DNA from: Nitrococcus mobilis Nb-231
GTDB lineage: Bacteria; Pseudomonadota; Gammaproteobacteria; Nitrococcales; Nitrococcaceae
Direction: 5' to 3'
DNA: 32,000 nt
NCBI RefSeq assembly: GCF_000153205.1
Contig: NZ_CH672427.1
Location: forward strand, 2,396,342-2,428,341
Positions 1 through 7,225 of the stretch are shown here, piece by piece. The translations under genes were made by a program, and so were the position numbers. Each line of letters opens with the position of its first letter. The stretch's first letter is position 1. Below the pieces are notes generated by a model that saw only the letters and a list, made by a program, of their open reading frames with translations, was not told the DNA's origin and ran no database searches.

Positions 1-891
1 CAGCAGCAGGATCAGTGATAGGGTAAGAATAAAACTGTCTTTGAGTGGGTCACGAAGATAGGTGATTTCGCGGTAATCGCCGAATGCCCGCTGGACATCA
101 CCGGCCAGGATTCCGAGGTGTGGCGAGATCGGGAAGAGCGCCTGGAGGATGCGGCTGTTCTGAGGGTTGCTCGGATCGGGGGCTGGGATAACCGCGTAAA
201 TTTGTAAGCCTGAGTTGTCGATCGGGTCCAGCCCAACATAGGGGCGGCCTTGACGCAACTGCAGGAGGATCTCCTTTTCGGGGCGGCGGGGAAGAATCGC
301 GGCTGGATCCTGGCTGCTTGAGGCGATGATGCGCCCGTTGTTACCAAGCAGCGTTAACTCGGATGCCTCTATCCGCTCCCGTAGATCGCCGAGGGTAAGC
401 GCCAACATGCCGTCCGGCATATCGATGAGTTGGCGTCTGGCCGACTCGACGCGTTTCAGTACATCGCGCATGCGTAAATCCAGCGAGGCCTGAGAGAGCT
501 TGAGCGCGTTATTCAGTGCCTCTTCCACGCGGATATCAAACCAGCTGTCGATGCCACTGCGCAGGAACTGCATGGAAAAGGCGTACACGACTGTGCCGGG
601 GACGACCGCAAGCACCAAGAACAGCAACAGCAGCTTTGCTGTGAGACGGCTGCCGGTGCGCTTCGCGCGAAACGCCACGATCAGTCGCCAGAGGTTGTGG
701 CCGATCAATCCCAGCAGCGCTATCAACCCTACGGTATTGAATAGCAGCAGCCAGCTGTAAAGGCGGCCGAAGCGGGCGGAGTTCTCCGTGGCCGCCGTGA
801 GCAGATACAGCGATGCCAGAAGCAGCACGCACAGCCCGATTCGGACCGTGCCTTCACGCAGTAGCAGTCGCTTCACGATCCGAGCTGCCAT
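1..891 (-). CDS. NtrY-like sensor histidine kinase, N-terminal membrane/sensor portion (3' end runs off the left window edge)
   Basis: Absent from the ORF track because it has no stop in the window. Manual minus-strand translation from the ATG at 891-889 gives 297 uninterrupted codons down to position 1: MAARIVKRLLLREGTVRIGLCVLLLASLYLL...VVYAFSMQFLRSGIDSWFDIRVEEALNNALKLS...FILTLSLILLL. It has three N-terminal hydrophobic helices, a ~190 aa loop, then another helix. It lies directly downstream of rsmB-DUF4390, the usual NtrY position. The kinase core is not visible in the window. Confidence 0.7.
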   Translation of the reverse strand, partial: MAARIVKRLLLREGTVRIGLCVLLLASLYLLTAATENSARFGRLYSWLLLFNTVGLIALLGLIGHNLWRLIVAFRAKRTGSRLTAKLLLLFLVLAVVPGTVVYAFSMQFLRSGIDSWFDIRVEEALNNALKLSQASLDLRMRDVLKRVESARRQLIDMPDGMLALTLGDLRERIEASELTLLGNNGRIIASSSQDPAAILPRRPEKEILLQLRQGRPYVGLDPIDNSGLQIYAVIPAPDPSNPQNSRILQALFPISPHLGILAGDVQRAFGDYREITYLRDPLKDSFILTLSLILLL

Positions 892-1484
892 TGCTGCCAA
901 TCGCTTACCAGCCGCCATTCCGGCGATAAATAAATGACTGTGCGCAACGGTTGGGGTAAGGCATCGAGATCCAACCGGGCGCGGGCGCGGACTCGATATT
1001 GCTGCGGTGCTTGCAATAGTTCGGCGTCAATTACCGGCAGCCTTTGGATGTTGCCGAGTTCCACCAACATGGTCTGCAGGCGACGGAAGCTGCGCGTCTC
1101 GCCGCTGTTGATAGCGGTGAGCATATAGCGCTGGCTCAAGGCATGGTACTGCAAACGATAACGTTGGGTTAGCTCCGCGACCACCTCGTCTAACCACCCC
1201 CACGACCACCAGCGGGGTCGGATGACCTTGATCTCCAGTTCCACGTATAACGGCACGCCATTGTCCAGCGCCTCCTGCGCGGCCTCGCTCAAATGATACT
1301 CCACCTCGGCATCGAGATAATAAACGCCCTCCTGCAGGGAGATGGCGCCGGCACGGATGCGGAACTCGCCATCCGCTCCGGCGCTGGCCAGCGTCGTTAC
1401 CAGCGCCAGTAGGAAAGCGAGCAACTGCGCCCGGGTATTGCACCGGAAATACGACGTCGCGGTTGTCAATCTTTTTCCAGGCAC
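873..1484 (-). CDS. DUF4390 domain-containing protein (secreted or periplasmic)
   Basis: 203-aa ORF with a signal-like N-terminus (AQLLAFLLALVTTLASAGA). The pattern GVYYLDAEVEYHLSEAAQEALDNGVPLYVELEIKV fits the DUF4390 family conserved between rsmB and ntrY. The start is uncertain (GTG 1484 or TTG 1469). It overlaps the rsmB stop and the kinase start. Confidence 0.7.
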   Translation of the reverse strand: MPGKRLTTATSYFRCNTRAQLLAFLLALVTTLASAGADGEFRIRAGAISLQEGVYYLDAEVEYHLSEAAQEALDNGVPLYVELEIKVIRPRWWSWGWLDEVVAELTQRYRLQYHALSQRYMLTAINSGETRSFRRLQTMLVELGNIQRLPVIDAELLQAPQQYRVRARARLDLDALPQPLRTVIYLSPEWRLVSDWQQWQLGS

Positions 1485-2806
1485 GCGTAGTAAAACCCGT
1501 CCATGTCCCGCTCTCCGGGCAAGATCTGGTGACCGAACTGGAGCGCGCGCCCCAGCGGGATATCGGGCGCGCGGACGAGGGCATCCCCGTGCCCCCGCAG
1601 GAACGACTCGATGACCGCATCGTTTTCGGCCCGCAACACGGAGCAGGTAGCATAGATCAGCCTACCGCCGCTGCTCAGCAACGGCCAGAGCCGGTTGAGC
1701 AAGCGCTGCTGGGTGGCGGCGAGCGCCGGCAGGTCACTAGGACGACGCAGCCACTTGATGTCGGGATGGCGGCGGATGACCCCGGTGCCCGAGCAGGGTG
1801 CGTCCACCAGGATACGATCGAAGGTCAACCCGTCCCACCAGCTTGCGGGGTCTGTGGCGTCACCGACCAGGAGGTTCGCCTGCAGACCAAGCCGTGCCAG
1901 ATTCTCCGCTACTCGAGTCAAGCGTTGCGCATCGATATCCAACGCCGTTAGCGTTACCTCCGCCTGCTCCAGGATATGAGTCGTTTTGCCGCCTGGTGCA
2001 GCGCAGGCGTCGAGCACACGCTGCTTCGGCCGTAAGGCTAGGAGCATAGCGGCGAACTGCGCGGCGGCGTCTTGCACCGAGACCTCGCCGTCAGCGAAGC
2101 CCGGTAGCTCGGTGACCGGTAGCGCTCGACTTAGCATTATCGCTTGGGGCAGTTCCGTGAGGTGCGCGCCGGTAAGCGAAACGGCACTCAATTGCGCCAA
2201 CCAGGCATCGCGGTCGCGCCGGCGGCGATTGATTCGCACCGTAAGCGGCGCGCGCGCATTGCTTGCCTGCACCAGTGACTGCCAATCGGACGGCCAATCC
2301 GCGCGCAGCCACTGCAGCAACCAGGGCGGCATGGCATGGCGGGTAGCGCAATCAAGATCTACCGCCTGGAGCCGATTAGCGCGCTCGCGCTGGAAGCGTC
2401 GCAGGACGGCATTGACCCAGCCGGCTGCCCAACTCTTACCCAGTGCCCGCGCGGTGTCCACCGTGGCCGAGACGGCTGCATGCGGCGGTATCTGTGTGTA
2501 CATTAATTGGTATAGGCCGAGCTCGAGAAGCAAGGTGAGATCGCGGTCGCGGTTGCGTGGGCGCTGTTCCAACAGGTTAAGCACCAACGCCTCCAGCCGG
2601 GAGTGCCAGCGTAGTACTCCATAGCAAAGCTCCTGACAGAGCGCACGGTCACGGCTGTCCTGTAGTGCGGCTACGGAATCCGCTAAGGCATTGGGCAGGG
2701 TGCGGCCGTGCGCCAGGACATCTTGCAAGGTTTGCACAGCCGCCCGGCGTGATGATGTGGCGGGGCTGGGGCGTCGACCAGGCACGGGCTTAGCCCAGAC
2801 GGTCAT
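1466..2806 (-). CDS. rsmB: 16S rRNA (cytosine967-C5)-methyltransferase RsmB
   Basis: 446 aa with a NusB-like N-terminal half. SAM methyltransferase motifs are present: DACAAPGGKT, DAPCSGTGVIRRHPD and YATCS. It lies in the conserved def-fmt-rsmB order. An alternative GTG start at 2785 would remove the 17-nt overlap with fmt. Confidence 0.93.
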   Translation of the reverse strand: MTVWAKPVPGRRPSPATSSRRAAVQTLQDVLAHGRTLPNALADSVAALQDSRDRALCQELCYGVLRWHSRLEALVLNLLEQRPRNRDRDLTLLLELGLYQLMYTQIPPHAAVSATVDTARALGKSWAAGWVNAVLRRFQRERANRLQAVDLDCATRHAMPPWLLQWLRADWPSDWQSLVQASNARAPLTVRINRRRRDRDAWLAQLSAVSLTGAHLTELPQAIMLSRALPVTELPGFADGEVSVQDAAAQFAAMLLALRPKQRVLDACAAPGGKTTHILEQAEVTLTALDIDAQRLTRVAENLARLGLQANLLVGDATDPASWWDGLTFDRILVDAPCSGTGVIRRHPDIKWLRRPSDLPALAATQQRLLNRLWPLLSSGGRLIYATCSVLRAENDAVIESFLRGHGDALVRAPDIPLGRALQFGHQILPGERDMDGFYYACLEKD

Positions 2807-3734
2807 GAGGGGAGAGTGGATAACCGTTGAGAAATGCCTTAGCGTGCTGGCGCTGACGGCCCGGGATCTGTAGCTCCTCTATGCGCAGCAGTCCCTCGCC
2901 AGTGGCCACATCGATGCCGGCGTCGCCGGCCTCTACGATGCTGCCTGCGGCGGCGAGCGGTGGCGTGGTGGTCAGCGCCCGGGCCAACCACACTCGAAGG
3001 ATACGCCCGTGGTGTTGGGTGTATGCGACAGGCCAAGGATTGAAGGCTCGGATCCGGCGGGCAATCTCCGTGGCTGGACGCTGCCAGTCGATGACGGCCT
3101 CCTCCTTGTGTAGCTTCGCGGCATATGTGGCCTCGGTTGGGTTTTGGGTCTGTGGCTCGATCTCACCGGCCAGCCAGTGTGGTAGGGTGGCCGTGATGAG
3201 TTCGGCTCCCAGCTCAGCAAGCCGATCATGGACGCTGCCACCGGTGTCGTCCGCCTGAATCAGGCAGTCCCGTTGAGCTAGGATGGCGCCGGTGTCCAGG
3301 CCGGCATCCATGCACATGATGGTGACCCCCGTTCGGCGATCGCCGGCGGCGATCGCCCGTTGTATAGGGGCCGCGCCACGCCAGCGCGGCAGCAGCGAGG
3401 CATGGATGTTTAAACATCCCAGCGCTGGGATCGCCAATACTTCCGGCGGCAGGACCAGCCCGTAGGCCGCGACCACAATAAGCTCCGGAGCCAACTCCGC
3501 GAGCTCTGCTTGCGCTGCGGCGTGGCGCAGGCTCTGCGGCTGATATACGGGCAGGTTGTAAGCCTGTGCGGCTGTTTTGACGGGGCTCGGGCGCAACCGC
3601 CGGCCTCGGCCGGCGGGTCGATCCGGCTGTGTGTAGACGCCGATCACTCGCTGTGGACCGCGACTCAGCCGCTGCAAGGCGGGTACCGCAAATTCCGCCG
3701 TGCCCGCGAAGACGATCAGCGGGGCATCGCTCAT
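2790..3734 (-). CDS. fmt: methionyl-tRNA formyltransferase
   Basis: 314 aa. The N-terminus reads LIVFAGTAEFAVPAL and the formyltransferase motif HASLLPRWRGAAPIQRAI is present. It sits immediately downstream of def. Confidence 0.95.
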   Translation of the reverse strand: MSDAPLIVFAGTAEFAVPALQRLSRGPQRVIGVYTQPDRPAGRGRRLRPSPVKTAAQAYNLPVYQPQSLRHAAAQAELAELAPELIVVAAYGLVLPPEVLAIPALGCLNIHASLLPRWRGAAPIQRAIAAGDRRTGVTIMCMDAGLDTGAILAQRDCLIQADDTGGSVHDRLAELGAELITATLPHWLAGEIEPQTQNPTEATYAAKLHKEEAVIDWQRPATEIARRIRAFNPWPVAYTQHHGRILRVWLARALTTTPPLAAAGSIVEAGDAGIDVATGEGLLRIEELQIPGRQRQHAKAFLNGYPLSPHDRLG

Positions 3735-3746
3735 CGAGGGGGCGAC

Positions 3747-4280
3747 TCAGATCACCCGTTGTCTCGGATGCGCCGGCGACGTACCTTGACGTGCCTGCTT
3801 CTCCAGCTTCTTACGCAGGCGCTTGCGTTTGAGCTCGGAGAGGTAATCAACGAAGAGCTTGCCCTCGAGATGATCGATTTCGTGTTGAATGCAAACCGCC
3901 AGTAAGCCGTCGGTTTCGAGCTCGAACGGCTCGCCGCTGCGATCTTGGGCGTGTACCTTCACCCATTCGGCACGACGCACCGTATCAAAATAGCCGGGCA
4001 CCGACAGACAGCCCTCTTGCATCTCCTCCTCGCCCTTGCGTTCCAGGATCTGCGGGTTGATGAAGGCGAGCGGCTCGTTCTTGGCTTCGGTGATGTCGAC
4101 CACTAGGACACGCCAATGTATGTTCACCTGGGTGGCGGCTAGGCCAATGCCGGGGGCGTCGTACATGGTCTCGAAGAGATCGTCCACCAAGCGGCGTACC
4201 TCGTCGGTCACCTTTTCGACCGGTTGTGCCCGAATGCGAAGTTGCGGATCGGGATAATGCAGGATATCCAAGATTGCCAT
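3747..4280 (-). CDS. def: peptide deformylase
   Basis: 177 aa with all three deformylase motifs: [16 protein letters not shown] and HEIDHLEG. Confidence 0.96.
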   Translation of the reverse strand: MAILDILHYPDPQLRIRAQPVEKVTDEVRRLVDDLFETMYDAPGIGLAATQVNIHWRVLVVDITEAKNEPLAFINPQILERKGEEEMQEGCLSVPGYFDTVRRAEWVKVHAQDRSGEPFELETDGLLAVCIQHEIDHLEGKLFVDYLSELKRKRLRKKLEKQARQGTSPAHPRQRVI

Positions 4281-4404
4281 ATTTGATCCGTTGCGATTGG
4301 CGACCCTTCATTGCTAATCTGGGCGCTGATTACTTGGACGTAAACTATAACGAACTCAACTCGGTTGCCGCTACTATGGATAGGGCCTCAAACAGGGAAC
4401 GTCG

Positions 4405-5487
4405 ATGCTCATCAAAAACGCGTTTGTTTGGGTACTGTGCACTCTGCTCATGCTCACCTCCCCGCTCATGGCCGCCGCGCTTCCGCTTAAGCAGGGACAC
4501 CCGAGCCAGTATACCGTACAGCCCGGTGATAATCTGTGGGATATCTCGGCCCGCTTTCTGAAAGACCCTTGGTACTGGCCTGAGATCTGGTACGTTAACC
4601 CGGCTATCGAAAACCCACACCTGATCTATCCGGGCGATGTAATCAAGTTTACCATGGTTGGCGGTAGACCCCGGCTCGTGGTCGAACGGCAAGGCGGCAC
4701 TATAAAGTTGTCACCCGAGGTTCGAGTGAAAGAGCTGGAAGAGGCCATCCCTGTCATTCCGATCAGTGTCCTGCGGCCGTTTCTTACCGGCGATCGTATG
4801 GTTTCGGCCGAACAATGGCGCCAAGCGGCCCACATTGTGGCCGCCGCGGACGAGCACGTGATGGGCGCACAGGGGGATTCGATCTACGTGCGCAGTCTCG
4901 GCCAGGATAGGACGAATCGTCTATACGGTATTCTGCGCAAAAGAGGGCCGTTGGTGGACCCGGAAAGCGGAGCGGTGCTCGGCTATCAAGCCACCCACGT
5001 CGGCGATGCTGTGTGTAGGTCAAGTGGTGAGCCTGCAACGTGTACCATTAGCCGCAGCAATCGTGAGGTGTTGCCGGGAGATCGTTTGCTGGGCGTAGAA
5101 GAAAAGGCGCTCAGGGGTCGTTTCTACCCTCGCCCCCCGGCGCAAGCGGTCGAAGGAGTAATCGTTGCGGTCATGGGCGGTGTCTCACAGATCGGTCAAT
5201 ATAATGTAGTGGCCATCAACCGTGGTGAGGCACAAGCTCTCAAACCCGGTGACGTGTTGCTGGTCTACAAACCGGGACGGGAAGTGGTCGACCACTTCGA
5301 CGGGCACCTTGATCGGGTGGAGTTACCGGACGAACGGGCGGGGAGCATGATCATTTTTCGTACGTTTCCCCAGCTGAGTTTCGGCTTGATCATGGAGGCT
5401 ACCCGTGCCATGAGTGTTCATGATCGGGTCCGCAACCCCGCTGTCCAACTGCCGCTGCAGCGCGCCAGCATGACGGCGCCGCTCTAG
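4405..5487 (+). CDS. LysM peptidoglycan-binding domain-containing protein
   Basis: 360 aa with a signal peptide (LCTLLMLTSPLMAAA). A LysM motif follows: YTVQPGDNLWDISARFLKDPWYWPEIW. It occupies the conserved position between def and dprA. Confidence 0.85.
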   Translation: MLIKNAFVWVLCTLLMLTSPLMAAALPLKQGHPSQYTVQPGDNLWDISARFLKDPWYWPEIWYVNPAIENPHLIYPGDVIKFTMVGGRPRLVVERQGGTIKLSPEVRVKELEEAIPVIPISVLRPFLTGDRMVSAEQWRQAAHIVAAADEHVMGAQGDSIYVRSLGQDRTNRLYGILRKRGPLVDPESGAVLGYQATHVGDAVCRSSGEPATCTISRSNREVLPGDRLLGVEEKALRGRFYPRPPAQAVEGVIVAVMGGVSQIGQYNVVAINRGEAQALKPGDVLLVYKPGREVVDHFDGHLDRVELPDERAGSMIIFRTFPQLSFGLIMEATRAMSVHDRVRNPAVQLPLQRASMTAPL

Positions 5488-5534
5488 CCGTATAAGCCGA
5501 CGGTGTCGGCGCGTATTCCGTCGTCTGGACCTCG

Positions 5535-6674
5535 GTGGTCGCAGCAGAGCAGCGCAGCATGCCGAATCGTTCGCGGGATGAGTCACGGGTGGCCTGGTTG
5601 CGCCTGTATCGCACGCCGGGGCTCGGCGCCCGGACCTTTCAGCGCATACTCGAGTGCTTTCAGACCCCTGCGGCTTTTTTGGCTGCCTCGCGCAAAGAGC
5701 AAGCGCAGGCGGGATTTTCCGCCAAGGTGCTCACTGCTCTAGCGCGCGCCGACGAGGCCAGGGTAGAGACGGATCTGCGGTGGTTGGAAAGCGAAGGCCA
5801 TCATTTGTTGTGCTGTACCGATCCAGTTTATCCTGAATTGTTACGGCGCATCCCGGTACCGCCGCCGCTGCTGTTTGTCGTCGGCCAGCCCGCTGTTTTG
5901 AACCAACCGCAGCTTGCCATAGTGGGTAGTCGCAATCCGACCCCGGGTGGCATGAGCAACGCCCGCGCTTTCGCAGCGCATTTGGCAAGCGCCGGCTTGA
6001 CGGTCACCAGTGGTTTGGCGCTCGGGATCGACGCCGGCGCCCATCGTGGCGCGCTTGAGGCCGAGGGCCTTACCGTCGCTGTTTTGGGTACTGGCCCAGA
6101 TCGCATTTATCCGGCGCGCCACCGTGATCTCGCTCACGCCATCGCCGAGCGGGGTGCGTTGATCAGTGAATTTCCGATCGGTAGTCAGCCGCGGCGTGAG
6201 CATTTTCCGCGGCGCAACCGCATTATCAGCGGCTTGGCCTTAGGCACGTTGGTCGTCGAGGCGAGCCCGCGCAGCGGCTCATTGATCACGGTGCAACACG
6301 CGCTCGAGCAGGGGCGGGAGGTGTTTGCCATCCCCGGCTCGGTTCATAATCCGCTCGCGCGAGGCTGCCATGCGCTAATCCGCCAAGGGGCGAAGTTGGT
6401 GGAGTCTGCGGCTGATGTGCTCGAAGAGCTTCCCCCTTTTGCGGGGGCGATGACCGAGAGGCCAGCCGACTCCGGGAAGACGCCCTCTTTAGATTGGGGC
6501 TACCGTCGTGTGTTGGCGGCATTGGGGTACGATCCCGTCCCGGCGGACGTGCTGCTCCAGCGCACCGGATTGACGCCCGATACGCTTTCCGCCATGCTTT
6601 TGCAATTGGAATTAATGGGCTATGTAGCGACCTGTCCCGGTGGTCGGTATGCTCGTCGGGGCGATGGGACGTGA
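5535..6674 (+). CDS. dprA: DNA-processing protein DprA
   Basis: 379 aa. The Rossmann-like DprA core is present (IVGSRNPTPGG...SGLALGIDAGAHRGAL...IYPARH...PRREHFPRRNRIISGL), followed by a C-terminal winged-helix-like tail. The start is either GTG 5535 or ATG 5559. Confidence 0.92.
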   Translation: MVAAEQRSMPNRSRDESRVAWLRLYRTPGLGARTFQRILECFQTPAAFLAASRKEQAQAGFSAKVLTALARADEARVETDLRWLESEGHHLLCCTDPVYPELLRRIPVPPPLLFVVGQPAVLNQPQLAIVGSRNPTPGGMSNARAFAAHLASAGLTVTSGLALGIDAGAHRGALEAEGLTVAVLGTGPDRIYPARHRDLAHAIAERGALISEFPIGSQPRREHFPRRNRIISGLALGTLVVEASPRSGSLITVQHALEQGREVFAIPGSVHNPLARGCHALIRQGAKLVESAADVLEELPPFAGAMTERPADSGKTPSLDWGYRRVLAALGYDPVPADVLLQRTGLTPDTLSAMLLQLELMGYVATCPGGRYARRGDGT

Positions 6675-6676
6675 GG

Positions 6677-7150
6677 ATGAAAGAGAACGTTTTCGATGTC
6701 TTGATGTACCTGTTCGAAAATGACCTTTATAACGAGGAAGAGTTGGGCTCGGATAGGGAGCTTGTTGAGACAGAGCTGTTCGAGGTGGGATTTAGCCAGC
6801 TTGAGATTCGTAAGGCGTTCGATTGGCTCCATGCGCTTGCGGATAGCCGTAACGTTCCTGTTTTGGAACCCGACAGCAAGCGCTCGATCCGGTTGTTCAC
6901 CGAATCGGAGCTAACCAAATTAGAGGCGGATTGTCGCGGCTTTCTGCTCTACCTCGAACAGGTCGGTATCCTGACTTCAGTCAGTCGGGAGCTGGTTATC
7001 GACCGGATGATGGCCCTCGATGATGAAATTGATTTGGACACCTTGAAATGGGTGGTCCTTATGGTTCTTTTCAGTCAGCCAGGACAAGAAGAGGCGTATG
7101 CCTGGATGGAAAACCTGATATTCGACAATCCGGCGCATTTCCTCCACTGA
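6677..7150 (+). CDS. smg: Smg protein (DUF494 family)
   Basis: The family-typical N-terminus MKENVFDVLMYLFEN starts at ATG 6677, 2 nt after the dprA stop codon. The track ORF from 6494 is an upstream in-frame extension overlapping dprA. The dprA-smg-topA order is conserved. Confidence 0.9.
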   Translation: MKENVFDVLMYLFENDLYNEEELGSDRELVETELFEVGFSQLEIRKAFDWLHALADSRNVPVLEPDSKRSIRLFTESELTKLEADCRGFLLYLEQVGILTSVSRELVIDRMMALDDEIDLDTLKWVVLMVLFSQPGQEEAYAWMENLIFDNPAHFLH

Positions 7151-7191
7151 ACCTGCTTCGCAGCATGTCTGCGTTGCTTGTGTCGCTCGAT

Positions 7192-7213
7192 TCATCTTCA
7201 GATCATCTTCAGA
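7192..7213. repeat. perfect tandem duplication of the 11-mer TCATCTTCAGA, 13 nt upstream of the topA start
   Basis: Read directly from the sequence: TCATCTTCAGA at 7192-7202 and again at 7203-7213. A 5-bp stem hairpin (CGCAG-catgt-CTGCG) lies at 7159-7173, just after the smg stop. Function is unknown. Confidence 0.9.
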
Positions 7214-7225
7214 CTGTTTTTTAAC

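Noticed and set aside
12-347. The track ORF at 12-347 (-) and other short ORFs in 1-870.
   Set aside because: A different minus-strand frame stays open for all 297 codons from 891 to 1 and encodes a membrane-sensor N-terminus. The 111-aa ORF is an out-of-frame Ser/Arg/Pro/Ala-rich artefact.
6494-7225. The longer starts suggested by the track for smg (6494) and topA (7178).
   Set aside because: The smg extension overlaps 181 nt of dprA, and the family N-terminus MKENVFDV begins at 6677. The topA extension precedes the canonical Toprim N-terminus MAKNLVIVESP at 7226.
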